Below are positions 1 through 12,943 of a DNA stretch of 64,000 nucleotides, one piece after another. The DNA lies in the NCBI GenBank assembly GCA_964016885.1, contig OZ024744.1, positions 36,580,001 to 36,644,000 of the forward strand. Reading direction: 5' to 3'. The notes under the pieces were generated by a model. It worked only from the letters and a program-made list of their open reading frames with translations, was not told the DNA's origin and did not search any database. The translations under genes and the position numbers were made by a program. This stretch comes from Eledone cirrhosa. Lineage: Eukaryota. Every line of letters starts with the position of its first letter. Positions within the stretch are counted from its first letter, which is position 1.

Positions 1-234
1 CGTCGACTTGCCTCACAGGGCATACATAGTCAACAAGGTATTGTGTCTGATCCCTTGGACCCGCGCCGCCGCTCGGACAGGCGTCCGCTTCCCCGCATGC
101 GTTTAACTTGGGCTGTCCGGTTGGGTCCATGCGGAGAAAGTGCACCTTCTCTGGTATCTGCACGTCATGATAATCTCCGATTTCAGGTTTACGTGTGTGT
201 GGGCGTGTGGGTGAGTGTGTGCCCCTCTGTGGGC
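1..234 (-). CDS. Possible internal exon of an unidentified host gene (runs off window edge)
   Basis: GC-rich unique-looking segment. Minus-strand acceptor tttacag at 241-235 is followed by a stop-free frame PQRGTHSPTRPHTRKPEIGDYHDVQIPEKVHFLRMDPTGQPKLNACGEADACPSGGAGPRDQTQYLVDYVCPVRQVD. No homolog recognised. Confidence 0.35.
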
Positions 235-288
235 CTGTAAACGTATATTTGTGTGACTATTTCTGTATGTGAACGTAAGCACACAAGC

Positions 289-291
<3 letters not shown>

Positions 292-383
<92 letters not shown>

Positions 384-434
384 CGTGTGTGTGTGTGTGC
401 GCGCGCGTGTGTGTGTGTATTTGTATGTGTGTGT
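292..434. repeat. (GT)n microsatellite, representative of dozens of (GT)n/(TA)n/(GA)n tracts in the window
   Basis: Direct inspection. Confidence 0.98.
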
Positions 435-870
435 GGGAGGGGGAGGAGTGTCAGCTGACAAACACCAGTAATTTGGTCGACGGGGCAGTGGGTGAGTGAC
501 AGCTCACGCCCTGGATGTCAGTGGGCTGCTACAAGTGTATTTCTAAACAATTTAATTTAAGAATATTACAATTTTACGATTTTCTTTTGTTAATTTCGGT
601 GGAAAGGTTTTCTTAAGATTCCTGGTTAACTTTCCTGGAGATCTTTCTCGCATTCGTCGGTATATATGAAAGAAAATAGTCAATAGTAAAAGCAAGATGA
701 TTGATTGAAGTTGGGAGGTGTTGGGAGTGAGGGAGCCGGGTGTGATGGTTAGATTTGTTCCCTGGAAGTAAAGTTAATAGCTGTTTAAGGAGTGTTTTAG
801 AAAGGGGTTCTAAACGTGTACCCTTGCTGGTTCTATTTCAACAGATGACCATAAAATACTAGCGAAATAT

Positions 871-1038
871 AATTATTTCTACTTTTGGTACAAGGACAGC
901 AATTACCCCAGTCTATTACTAGTACTTTATCTTATGGACCCCGTAAGGATGAAAGGCAAAGTTAACCACTCAGATCATAAAGGGCCGTAACTCTATGCTG
1001 CAAAGCATGGCGTCCGACCCTCTATCGATACTGCCAAT
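871..1038 (-). mobile_element. tRNA-derived SINE (octopus OK-like), partly deleted
   Basis: Reverse complement matches the copy at 22356-22550 (attggcagtatcg..agagggtcggacgccatgc...ctttcatccttacggggtc). Confidence 0.8.
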
Positions 1039-2010
1039 GGTCAAATGGTTTTCAAATTGTTTTCTTATAACTGAATAAACTATCTTAAAATTATAAAGAA
1101 AACCTGCAACGATTGTCTATATTAGGTATGTAAGTAAAAGATGAATTTGGGTATGTGTCGGGTGTAAGATACATGTCCTTTGATAAAAAGATGACAGCAA
1201 AGAGAAAAATAAGCTGATTAAGGATCTTTTGTTGAGAGAGATGTATGTTGTTGTTGGCTCGCATATTTACCTCCCTACATATAAACATACATACAGCCCA
1301 TACACATATTCTAGTTCATGCATACCCATATATTTACACATACAATGCACTCACACATGTATACTTATATACACACACTCATACATACATATATATATGA
1401 TGGCTGCCCTCTCATTATCGAGTATGGCCATTGCACGATAAAAAACGGAGAAAGAACACATATATTTTAATAATTAACTGTGCTGCGATTGAATGTGACT
1501 TTTTAGCCCGGTAAATGATCTAAAATGTCTTGCACAGAGTTGACAACCAAAACATTCACTGACAATAGCCGGCTGTTGTTGGACTTCATGTATATATATA
1601 TATACATATATATATAACAATCAAATTTTTGCAGGTCTGGAATAATCATCGGAGCATATACAATGTTAAAACAAATAAATTCCTAATCATTAGAACATTC
1701 GTCAAGATAGATTATATTTGAGAAGACTAATTATAATTATTAGTATTAGTTACAATATATTGAAGAGTAAGAGCAAAAGAACATTATAATGGAAAGATAG
1801 TAATAAAGTGTTATAAAGTATTATAAAGAGAAGCTGTTTTGTAGCTATATGATATATCCAAGGAATATTACTTATAAAACAGTATATCAAGAATATCATA
1901 CCAAGATTATAAATAATATCAGAGAGCATGCAGTAAGGTAAGACAATTGTGTAGTGATAACGTACATATAGGTGTTATATATAAGATTCCCATTATTGGA
2001 AGATGGAATA

Positions 2011-4010
2011 TCATTTCTTTGTGTTCAGTAGTGGTTTGTACTTTCTAATGAAGAATTCTTCCTTATATTTCCGAAAATGGTCGTTGTCCGACCATATCTT
2101 AAGGAAGAGGCAGTCTGTGAATGTTCCCTTCGGATGTGGTGTTTCAGAGGAGTCTCTAATTTGTTGTTTATGGACACAAACTTTGTCAATGTATTGACAA
2201 ATTGTATTCACAAATTCCGCATCGAGGGTCACCGCATTACTTAACTTGCATTGTTTTATTGTCAGATGTAAATTTCGCATTGGTAAGCATTTTTTTTTTT
2301 TTTAGGTTGGGTGCTTGCCGTCTACTATATATTTTTTGTGAATGTTTTATGAGTGCATTCATTTTAGGGGACTGCTGGAGAATCAAGACATATATTGTTT
2401 AGCGGCTTTCACAATGTTGAAGTTCCTTGGATTGTGAGTGCTTTTTCCATTTTATTTCGTTAGTTTGTTTTTCTCAGTGTTCTCACTGGGATGTTCTGGG
2501 CTTTGGAGATGGCCGTATTGATGAGGTTCTCCGGATATTCTTGTCTTTTGAGGAACCCTTTTAGTTCATATAATCTTTTTTCCTGTAGTGTGGGGTGTGT
2601 TACTGTGGTGCAAATGCATCTTACTATGTTAAAGGGAATGTTCCTTTTGGTATATGAGGGGTGTGCTGATCGGAAATTCAGGTATTGGTGTGTGTCTGTT
2701 GGTTTGTAAAATAAGTCTGTTTTGATATTTTCCCCTTCTTAAATGATAAGGATATCCAGAAATAGTAGTTCCTTTTTATTACATTCCATGGTAAATTGTA
2801 TTGCTTTGTGAAGATTGTTTATGATAGAATGGAATCATTGCAGGTCTTCTTGGCTTCTATTCCAGAAGATCAAACAGTCGTCTAGGTAACGTTTCCAGTT
2901 GTTATTAAAGTAGATGACGAAGTCGTGACTGAATGTTTCCTGCAGCTGGGAATATAAATTTGGCCTCTAGGTGACCCATAACGAGTGTTGCATATGTTGG
3001 GGCTACTTTGGTGCCCATGGCCATTTCTTTTATTTGTAAATAAATTTCGTTATCAAAGAGAAAGTGGTTGTTCTCCAATACTAATTTGAGTCCTTCCTAA
3101 ATAAACTCTTTTGGGAATCTCTCTGAAATGTAATCTGGGTGTTTTGTGATCCAGAAGTCAACAGCTTCAATTCCTAAGTCGTGTGGGATGTTAGTATATA
3201 AACTTGTTACGCCAAAGCTGACTAAGATTGTTTCTTGGTGTACTTTCTGGGGGATATAGTTCAGGAATTTCATATCATCTCTAATGAAGCTTGGCACTTT
3301 TTTTACATAAGGGTTTCAGTATGATGTCTAATAGGTTGCTTTGATGTTGTGTGCTTGAGGCTGGGCCAGCAACAATTGGGCGTAATTTTAAATCTGTCGG
3401 TTTTGGTACTTCGGCATATGATGTATTTTTGTCTTTTATGTTGTTTTGGATTTCTCTGGATTTGTGAACCTTTGGCAATCCATAAAAAATGCTGGTTTTC
3501 ATTTCGAAGTTGGTTAAGTAATTGATTTCCTTTAGCGTGAGGTTATTTTGGTGCTTTGTCGTCAGTTTATCCACTTTAATCATGGATTTACTTTCTTCAC
3601 TTTGCTTATTTTCATTCAGCAGTTCTAGGACCATATCCTTGTAGTGGTTTTTGTCCATGATGACAATTACTCCACCTTTGTCAGCTTCTTTTATGTTTAT
3701 TGAGGAGTCTTTTGTAGCTTGTTTAGAGCTAGCAGTTGGTCTGTAGTAATGTTGCATTTGTGTTTCGTCTCTGCAATATTTGACTGCGCCGATCGTCGGA
3801 GGCAGGTTATGTATTCCTCCAGGTGTTTGTCTCTATTTAACGGATGCCTGAAGTTCTTTTTGTTTCTTACTAGTGATTCCTCCTCGTATTCTGGAAAAAT
3901 TCTCCTAGACATAATTTTTGACAAAAATGTGTCTTTTATAAAATAGGCTTGATCTGGGTTCGGAGTAGGTATGAACTTAAGTCCAATTTTTAACAGTTTG
4001 CTTTCCTATT
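2011..4010 (-). mobile_element. Degenerate Penelope-like element, Neptune-like (RT + C-terminal GIY-YIG)
   Basis: Fragments IKEADKGG, YGLPKVHK, LRPIVAG, SLYTNIPH, MGTKVAPTYA, WKRYLDD, KPTDTHQYL and RVCVHKQQI, broken by stops and frameshifts. Confidence 0.9.
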
Positions 4011-4463
4011 ATGCTGATTATTTTTGGTTCCTTTGGGTTTTTCTCAAGTGCCACTTGAAGGTTGGTGCTTTTTTCCCCTTTTTTTTTCGTTTTTCCTTTA
4101 TTTGGTAAGAGTAGTAAGAGGCACCCTGTCCTAAAAATTAATTCCCATTCGAGATGTTGCTTCGAGGGTTGTTCCTGTTGTGAACTATTCTGTTCGCTGG
4201 CATTTCGGGTTGATAATTTTCTGAACGGTAGAATCTTGTGTGGTTGTTTAGCTATGGGGATCTTATTCTTCTGTTGTTCCGTTCTGTCTTCATATGTCTT
4301 CGATTTTACCTTTGGTAACTGTTCTTGGGGTTTTGAGAGGAGCTGTATCTACATAGTAAAATTATAAAATGGTAATATGAAATTAAATCGTTTAGAACTA
4401 CAAATGAAGTCATTTCATTTTTTCAACTAACTGTATCAAGGATTTCACACATATTCCAATATA

Positions 4464-5066
4464 GGTCACCAGTTGGTGCTATTGATAACATGTATCCCAG
4501 TACAACCTGTCTCATGGTCGGGTCGTTGGCGACTAAACTGGCAACCCCACCAAGGTTTCTTGGTGAGGAGGGAGACTTTGGACATCCTGCAGGACTAAAA
4601 ACAAAACCTGTCAAAGGGCAGAGGAGCTCTTAAGAGTCAATGGCCATCCAAAATCACCGGGAGAGATGAACCCTTAGCCTTTGTCAAGGCAGAATTCTAG
4701 GAGAAAGAAAACTCTGATATAACCTGCAACCCTGATGGTATCCAATGATGTTGACTTGTTATTCTTTTTGGTAAATATCATCTTGGTTAAGAGAGTGGGA
4801 CTGGCTTTGTGCAGTGCCTTTGCTCACTATAAAAGCTTCACGGCACAGACATTGCTTTATATCTGGAGATCTCTCTGCACTTGTCATCACATGGTACCAT
4901 GGGCCCAGCACTGTGTGTCAATAATTGTCACAAGTGTAGTGTTTGTACCAGAGTTTTCAAGTCGCTGGCTGGACTAAAAAGTCACACTCGTTCAGCGCAT
5001 CGGTAGGGGTTCTCCTACATGGATATAAAGTAGTGGCCGTACTCGAAAACGAGTTGGCAGCCACCA
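4464..5066 (+). mobile_element. Bipartite non-autonomous RTE derivative (5' UTR joined to 3' end)
   Basis: RTE-type 5' UTR motifs (aaactggcaaccccacc, ctaggagaaagaaaactctga) are joined directly to a terminal C2H2-like CSVCTRVFKSLAGLKSHTRSAH* and a ctcgaaaacgag hairpin tail ending in (TA)n. Confidence 0.55.
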
Positions 5067-5091
5067 TATATATATATATATGTGTGTGTGT

Positions 5092-5165
<74 letters not shown>

Positions 5166-5170
<5 letters not shown>

Positions 5171-5880
5171 CAGAAATCCTGATAATTGTTTGTACAAAAA
5201 CATCATTTACCAACGTAGGTCAAATATAAACTGGGAATATATAAATATGTGGGTGCCACTTTGAATATTTTCAAGAAAATAATGGTAGTTTAAAAAATTT
5301 GGATCTGAAGCGCGTTAATATTGAATACACACTATAATGGTCTGTGCTGAAATTCGCTCGTCCATACCGGAATGAAGGATGCCCATGTGAATTATGTTTG
5401 GCGGAGGTAATTGAAATAGCGAAGGAAAAGGACCTTCTAAATTCTCGTCATGATAGGATATTTAATTTCAAACACAAGGTTCTAAAAACCCTTCGCGAAA
5501 TATAAACTGGACCAGAATAAGATTTGATCCCTAATACCTAGGTTTTACTACACCCTATTTAGTAAATTTCCTTTTCACACCCACCCAAAGAATTCAGTAA
5601 TATTCAAAATAATCACAATTTCTTAATTCCTTTCCTACCTTCCCACTCTACCCTACTCTTAATTTCTCCCCTCTCCTTTTCTGTCCTGCTCTTTATATCT
5701 TATCTATCCTCTCAACCATATATGGTAAACATCAAAACCGTCACCCATAATAATGGTCAAAGAATAATTGTTCCACATCACTGCACACAGATTGATAGTG
5801 TGAAAGTCTTTAGCCTCACCCCCTCTCTTCTCTTCTATCACACTAACTGACTGTATTTCATTCTATTTTAACCATTGCTG
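5166..5880 (+). mobile_element. 3' fragment of a Naiad-like PLE (degenerate GIY-YIG end plus 3' UTR)
   Basis: Frameshifted CRNPDNCLYKNIIY..YKYVGAT and WSVLKFARPYRNEGCPCELCLAE...LLNSR...KHK. Confidence 0.75.
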
Positions 5881-5884
5881 AATT

Positions 5885-6367
5885 CATACTTATATTTAAG
5901 TAACAGCCGTACTAAGAGTGGGAAATGAAATTTCGTTTCATTTGTTCCGTTTATCGTTTTCGGTGCACCCGGCCGATTAACCCACTCGATATGCAAATTA
6001 GGCTACTCAGCCGTTAATATGCATAAGGTAAGTATATACGTTCAACAATCTGGCAGGAAGGTATACGTTGCTGACGATAGCTAATAAGCTTGAAACTAGT
6101 ACAGCGTTCCTTTGTCAGTGTTGAACAAACGAGCAACGATGGTTGCTAGACACTACGGCTTAATACGGGATGTTTGTTTACAAACACACCGAGCATTATA
6201 ATAAATGTTCGGTGAATCCATATGTACATATATATATATGTGCATGTATGTATATATATATACATACTACTGTATGTCTGTATACATATATGTATGTACG
6301 TGTACATACTTATATTTAAGTAACAGCCGTACTAAGAGTGGGAAATGAAATTTCTTTCATTTTTTCC

Positions 6368-6371
<4 letters not shown>
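5885..6371 (+). mobile_element. HHR-containing ~420-bp repeat unit (family A), about 1.15 copies head-to-tail
   Basis: catacttatatttaagtaacagccgtactaagagtgggaaatgaaattt occurs at 5885 and 6305. Homologous to 46816-47530 and 45960-46085 (-). Confidence 0.85.
6065..6107 (+). ncRNA. Type I minimal hammerhead ribozyme (family A)
   Basis: acgttg CTGACGA t-agct-aata-agct-t GAAA ctag TA cagcgt; palindromic stem III ACTAGT. Confidence 0.85.
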
Positions 6372-6422
<51 letters not shown>

Positions 6423-6425
<3 letters not shown>

Positions 6426-7666
6426 AGGTGTATTATTGATTGTGTCAAACCGTCCAATAAAATGTTTGTTAACAATATTAAGTTCTCTACGCTTTTGTAT
6501 CTCTCCAATTCCATTTATGGGAACAGCTAGATGATGTAAAACGGAGTATTTGTATCAAAATAAAGATCCGAAGGCATGGTATAAATTTCCAATCATTTTA
6601 ATCATGACAGATGTTTCAATAAGAGATAGATCGATCGTGTAGCCATGATCGATTACCACTGATCTCGTCAGGTAAAAATGAATTGTCTTCAAATCCCTGA
6701 TATGAGGGAGAAAATGAACGGTGTTCACTCACAGAGTTTAGTCCCTCATATGAAGATCAAGCAGTCAGAACACGGCGACTGCTATCGTCCTCAGTTAGGG
6801 TCATAAAACTTTCAAGTCTCTATCTCCCAATAGCTGTAAAAGACGCTGGACATCAATCAAATCTATAGAATTGCAATCGGTCACTGAACTAAACTTACTT
6901 GCGTGTGTATAGGGTTGCGGTTGACCCAATTTTTCCAATTCTTTTGGACGATACGGATGTATATACCATAACATACACTATTTGGAGATACGGATGTTAC
7001 AATTCAATCTATACGCGTATAACAGAACATTGAACCGAACTTACTTGTGTGTGTATAGGGTTGCGGTTGACCCAATTTTTTCCAATTTACATCGTCAAAT
7101 TGGGATTTGACCAATATAACATTTGTTGTTTTGTAAACTAACTTTCGGTGAATACTATGTTGGTATATTTGTATTTTTCTTTTTTCTTTAACCTCGTGTC
7201 GGTGTGTGTGAGTGTGTGTGTACTCACTCACACTAATTGAGACCGTCTATAGTTCTACAGATTTGATGCTGTGTTGATATGTGTATATATATTTTTTTCT
7301 TTGACCTCGCGTCATGTATGTGTGAGTGTGTTTGTACCCACTCACATTAACTGTGACCGACTGTAATTCTATAGATTTGATTGATGTCCAGCGTCTTTTA
7401 CAGCTATTGGGAGATAGAGACTTGATAGTTTTATGACCCTAACTGAGGACGATAGCAGTCGCCGTGTTCTGACTGCTTGATCTTCATATGAGGGATTAAA
7501 CACCGTTCATTTTCTCCCTCATATCAAGGATTTGAAGACAATTCATTTTCACCTGACGAGGTCAGTGATAATCGATGATGGCTACACGATCGATCTATCT
7601 CTTATTGAAATATCTGTCGTGATTAAAATGATTGGAAATTTATACCATGCCTTCGGATCTTTATTT

Positions 7667-7670
<4 letters not shown>
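6423..7670 (-). mobile_element. PLE-type foldback insertion in (TA)n (family B): arms ~6553-6885 / ~7352-7670, single-copy tail 6423-6552
   Basis: The arms are reverse complements. Each carries CTGACGA-long stem II-GAAA-(c/t)atctGTC (7549-7622 +, 6602-6675 -). Confidence 0.8.
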
Positions 7671-7751
<81 letters not shown>

Positions 7752-7757
7752 TGTACA

Positions 7758-7837
<80 letters not shown>

Positions 7838-7839
<2 letters not shown>

Positions 7840-9197
7840 TGGTTACACAACAGTTACTTCACCATACATAGAACAAATGTTTCACCCTAGCGGATCCTCA
7901 GCTCGTAATGGACATGGTTATACGGAACAGGAAGGACAACTATACGAACGCGCATGCGCTGAAACGATCACTTGTCAGAGGCAATACTAATTTGCGTGCG
8001 AGAGGTGTAAGGGAGATAACTGCGAAAGTCCGAAAATTTCTAGTTGATAACAAAATTAGGATGTTGCTGTAATTCAATCCGGAGCTTTGTAGTTATGTAA
8101 GAGGTGTTTCCAGACGTATGGAAAACGTGTGAAGAATTAATTTCTCATGTTTAGGCAATCAATATTGCGTAATCTCTATAGAATATTTATTCGTGTATCA
8201 ATACATAGTCCACACGACGGATTGCCACTTTCGTATGGCTTGGACTTAGTGATGGCTTTCCATTGAATGGAGTAGTCTATACTTGAGTCCTTGAGGGACC
8301 ATACGTGGCTCGTGAGTTTCGTGGATGAACGTCTGTCCGGGTACCTAAAGATCGACTGGTGGTTCAGGAAGCGTTCCTTAAATCGGCCCTCCACCATACC
8401 CACATAGGATTTCACCTCCTGTGGTTGATTTGGTTGGTTGGAAGTGACCACAGCTTCATAAACTACAGCGGGTGTCTTGCATTGCTGTTGAAGGGGAGAA
8501 ACTTCGGGCTTACGTCAAGAACGCCGTGGTGGGGTGTTGCTCTTAGGGCTGTTGGTGATGTGGACCTTCATCTTCTTAGCGTAGGAGTATCCTAGTTTTA
8601 CGTTTTGTCGGTTAAAGATGGAGCGGTATTTATGCTGTTGTTGTTAGTGGGAGAGTAAGCGACAGGTTGCGAGAAGCCGCTCTTAGCTAACGCCGTCTTC
8701 AATGGAAAGGGATCAGTAAGTCCAAGCCACACACAAGGGACAATCCGTCGTGTGGACTATGTATTGGTGAACGAATAAATATTCTAAAGAGATTACGCAA
8801 TAGTGGTTGCCTAAACACAAGAATTGAATTCTTCACACGTTGTCCACACGTCTGGAAACACCACTTACATAACTACAAAGCTCCGGATTGAATTACAACA
8901 ACATCCTAATTTTCTTATCAACTAGAAACTTTTCGGACTTTCGCAGTTATCTCCCTTACACATCTCGCGCGCAATTTAGTATTGCCTGCGTGAAGTGATC
9001 GTTTCTGCGCTTGCGCATTCGTACGGTTATCCTTCCTGTTCCGTATAACCATATCCATTACGACCTGAGGATCAGCTAAGGTGAAACAATTGTTCTCGGT
9101 ATGGTCAACTAACTGTTGTGTAACCACTTCTACCTAACTCGTCCCATGGACTGAGTGCTCTACCACTACGGATATTACCTTCCAGTGTTCTACCACT
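7838..9197. mobile_element. Naiad-like PLE 3' fragment with inverted arms (family C); GIY-YIG ORF at 8176-8451 (-)
   Basis: SYVGMVEGRFKERFLNHQSIF...WSLKD...CGLC. Arms 7838-8265 and 8700-9130 are diverged inverted copies. HHR-like motifs at 9061-9098 (+) and 7868-7905 (-). Confidence 0.85.
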
Positions 9198-9200
9198 ATA

Positions 9201-9275
<75 letters not shown>

Positions 9276-9279
<4 letters not shown>

Positions 9280-9486
9280 CAAAAGTATGACCCCGACGGC
9301 AGAGCTCAAGTCATTTCGACGGTTATTTCTGGACAAGAAATAGCCGTCTAGCCCAGAAATAGCCTTCGAAACGGCTTGCGCTCTGCCGTCGGGGTCATAC
9401 TTTTCCTATTACCCACTCTACCACCCTAAGTATTGAGTACTCTGGTGCGTTATGGTCCATCTGAGTTCCTTACCACAACTCCTTCG

Positions 9487-9488
<2 letters not shown>
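9276..9488 (+). mobile_element. ~200-bp palindromic mini-element (family D) in (TA)n
   Basis: Hairpin aaaagtatgaccccgacggcagag...ctctgccgtcggggtcatacttttc followed by an ~85-bp tail. Homologs at 10729, 12751 and 57964. Confidence 0.9.
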
Positions 9489-9540
<52 letters not shown>

Positions 9541-9544
9541 ATGT

Positions 9545-9590
<46 letters not shown>

Positions 9591-9712
9591 AAGTATGCAT
9601 ACGTACACACATATGTATGTATATAAATATTTATATATATATATATATATACACACACAGACACACACTTATATACATATACATATGTACGTATGGGTTA
9701 TATCGACTATTA

Positions 9713-9900
9713 ATAATTGTTTCTACTTTAGGCACAAGTCCAGTAATTATCCAGTACATTACTGGTACTTTATTTTATCGACCCATTAAGGATGAACGGC
9801 AAAGTTTACCTCGGCGGGATTTGAACTCAGATAATAAAGGGGCGTAGCTCTATGCTACAAAGCATGGCGTCCGACTCTCTACCCATACTGCCAATCCACC
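9713..9900 (-). mobile_element. tRNA-derived SINE (OK-like)
   Basis: Reverse complement of the 22356-22550 family; B-box-like gagttcaaatccc. Confidence 0.85.
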
Positions 9901-10149
9901 TCGATTCGTTTGTAAACAAATCGCCCGATAAAGATGTACTGTGCCGATGACCAATCATCATCCGTTTGTTCAATACTGGCATCGAGGAACAATAATCATG
10001 TTTCTGGGTCATTACATTTCATCAGGACTGTTTACTTCTCTGCCTATCTGTTGAACAGTTGAAAATATATATGGATGCTTACATTTATCTATCATATGTG
10101 CTAGAGCGAGAATAACATTCTAATTTTATATATATATATATATATATAT

Positions 10150-10620
10150 TAAAATTGGTGCTCTGAAATAGCTATATATATATGAATGTATATATAGTGT
10201 ATTTTGCAATACACTGTATGCTTAATTAAAAGCATTTCGAAGACCTTATGCTATTGTTTTAGAGTAGTGACAGACTCACTTACTTTAATTTTCAGCAAAC
10301 AGGGGAGATAAAGATGACAGGGCCCTTTTTCGCATTTATTGATGCTTATCAAAGCTAACTACTCCTCCTGTTTGCTGAAATCATGGATGTTTGGTTCTTA
10401 TAGAATTCTAGTAAATAATCAGGAACTGATTATACAGATCGGTTGCCGGTCAAGCAGAAATAAATGCGAAACAGGGCCCTGTCAGCTTTATCTCCCCTGT
10501 TTGCTGAAAATTAAAGTAAGTGAGTTTGTCACTACTCTAAAACAATAGCATAAGGTCCTCTAAATGCTTTTTATTAAGCATACAGTGTATTGCAAAATAC
10601 ACTATATATACATTCATATA
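10150..10620. mobile_element. Foldback insertion in (TA)n (family E) with HHR at 10312-10356 (-)
   Basis: Arms ~10175-10340 and ~10459-10620 are reverse complements. Motif agct TTGATAA gcat-caataa-atgc GAAA (c)agggccctGTC agct. Confidence 0.8.
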
Positions 10621-10658
10621 TATATATATATATATACATATATATGAATGTATATATA

Positions 10659-10728
<70 letters not shown>

Positions 10729-10732
<4 letters not shown>

Positions 10733-10932
10733 AAGTATGACCCCGACGGCAGAGCTCAAGCTGTTTCAACGGTTATTTCTGGACTCATAATATTCCAGAG
10801 AAATAGCCGTCGAAAAGGCTTGACCTCTGCCGTCGGGGTCATACTTTTTCCTATTTCCCACTCTACTACCCTTAGTATTGAGTACTCTGGTGCGTTATGG
10901 TCCATCTGGTTCCTTACGAGAATTCCTTTGTT
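10729..10932 (+). mobile_element. Family D palindromic mini-element
   Basis: Same hairpin and tail as 9276-9488. Confidence 0.9.
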
Positions 10933-10949
10933 ATATATATATATATATA

Positions 10950-12712
10950 ATGAAAAAGTAAAGAATAACATGGTCAACAGTACAAAAAGGGTTTTATTTA
11001 CATGATTAACAATTGTTTCATTGATTAGGTATGTCTAAAGGCCGCTAATCACTCGAAGTTGTGTCACTCGACCTTAAATAAAATGAATGCCTAATCAAGT
11101 CATCGGAATAACTGAATAATTTACACATGGTGTTTATACAATGGAGAATTTAAATATCAACATCAATAATAAAGAAAGAAAATAAAAAATAAAAATAAAA
11201 ATAAAAATAAAAATAAAAATAAAAATAAAAATAAAAATAAAAATAAAAATAAAAATAAAAATAAAAATAAAAATAAAAATAAAAATAAAAATAAAAATAA
11301 AAATAAAAATAAAAATAAAAATAAAAATAAAAATAAAAATAAAAATAAAAATAAAAATAAAAAGAAAAATAAAAAGAAAAAGAAAAAGAAAAAGAAAAAG
11401 AAAAAGAAAAAGAAAAAATAATAGTAAATAAGTTAGAATGAAGATGATAAAAAAATAAGTAAAAAAATATATATGTGAAAACATGAACATAATACGGTTG
11501 GTGATAATAGTGGTGGTGTTGGTGGTGGTGGTAGGGCTTAAAGTTATAGTGGTGTGTAAGTATAAAGATGTGATGAGGGTATAAATACTATTAATATGAA
11601 AATAAATATCAAATATATACATATGTATTGGTTAAATCACAGAGGGTTAAAATAGGAAGAAAGAATATAATGATAAATTACAGATAAAAGATAAAATTAA
11701 TAAATTAGAAAATAGGTGAAAGGTGAAGAGATACAGGATAGGATACAAGGGAAGAGGTGAAATAGCTTTAGGGGGAGAGAGTGAAAGATAGGTTAGGAGG
11801 TTTATGATGTTGATTTAGTGATTAGTTGGTCTGTTGACAGTTAATAATAGTGGGATAGAATGTAGTTATTATAATAGACTCCGGGTGGTTCAGTAACTAC
11901 ATTCTATCCCACTATTATTAACTGTCAACAGACCAACTAATCACTAAATCAACATCATAAACCTCCTAACCTATCTTTCACTCTCTCCCCCTAAAGCTAT
12001 TTCACCTCTTCCCTTGTATCCTATCCTGTATCTCTTCACCTTTCACCTATTTTCTAATTTATTAATTTTATCTTTTATCTGTAATTTATCATTATATTCT
12101 TTCTTCCTATTTTAACCCTCTGTGATTTAACCAATACATATGTATATATTTGATATTTATTTTCATATTAATAGTATTTATACCCTCATCACATCTTTAT
12201 ACTTACACACCACTATAACTTTAAGCCCTACCACCACCACCAACACCACCACTATTATCAACAACCGTATTATGTTCATATGTTTTCACATATATATTCT
12301 TTTACTTATTTTTTTATCATCTTCATTCTAACTTATTTACTATTATTTTTTCTTTTTCTTTTTCTTTTTCTTTTTCTTTTTCTTTTTCTTTTTCTTTCCT
12401 TATTATTGATGTTGATATTTAAATTCTCCATTGTATACATACAAACACCATGTGTATATTATTCAGTTATTCCGATGATTTGATTAGGCATACACTGTAT
12501 TAAGGTCGAGTGATACAACTTCGAGTGATTAGCAGCCTTTAGACATACCTAATCAATAAAACAATTGTTAATCCTGTAAATAAACCCTTTCTGTACTGTT
12601 GACCATGTCATTCTTCACTCTTTCACTATTATTACTCCAAGAATGACCTGCATAGGAATTACCGCGAACTCGCTACCTCTATCTGGATTACCTGTAAGGA
12701 TAATTTGTTATC

Positions 12713-12715
<3 letters not shown>
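10950..12715 (+). mobile_element. Large near-palindromic PLE-type foldback (family F) with tail ~12627-12715
   Basis: Left arm 10950-11870 and right arm 11893-12626 are reverse complements around a ~25-bp spacer. (AAAAAT)n is expanded only in the left arm. Long-stem-II HHR motifs at 11004-11110 (-) and 12468-12573 (+). Confidence 0.9.
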
Positions 12716-12750
<35 letters not shown>

Positions 12751-12753
<3 letters not shown>

Positions 12754-12943
12754 AAAAAGTTTAAACCCGACGGCAGAGCTCCATCCGTTTCGACGGCTAT
12801 TTCTGGACGTCCAGAAATAGCCGTCGAAACGCTTGAGCTCTGCCGTTAGGGTTAAACCTTTTCCCATTACCCACTCTACAACCCTAAGTATTGAGTACTC
12901 TGGTGCGTTATGGTCCATCTTGTTCCTTACCATACTTTCTTCG

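Noticed and set aside
445-545. Second minus-strand exon
   Set aside because: Only a short open frame and a weak donor site.
1615-1660. CCGATGA on the minus strand downstream of the Neptune-like ORF
   Set aside because: Truncated by (TA)n; no GAAA or stem III is visible.
9990-10030. CTGATGA...GAAAcatg on the minus strand
   Set aside because: No stem I or stem II pairing and no proper NUH.
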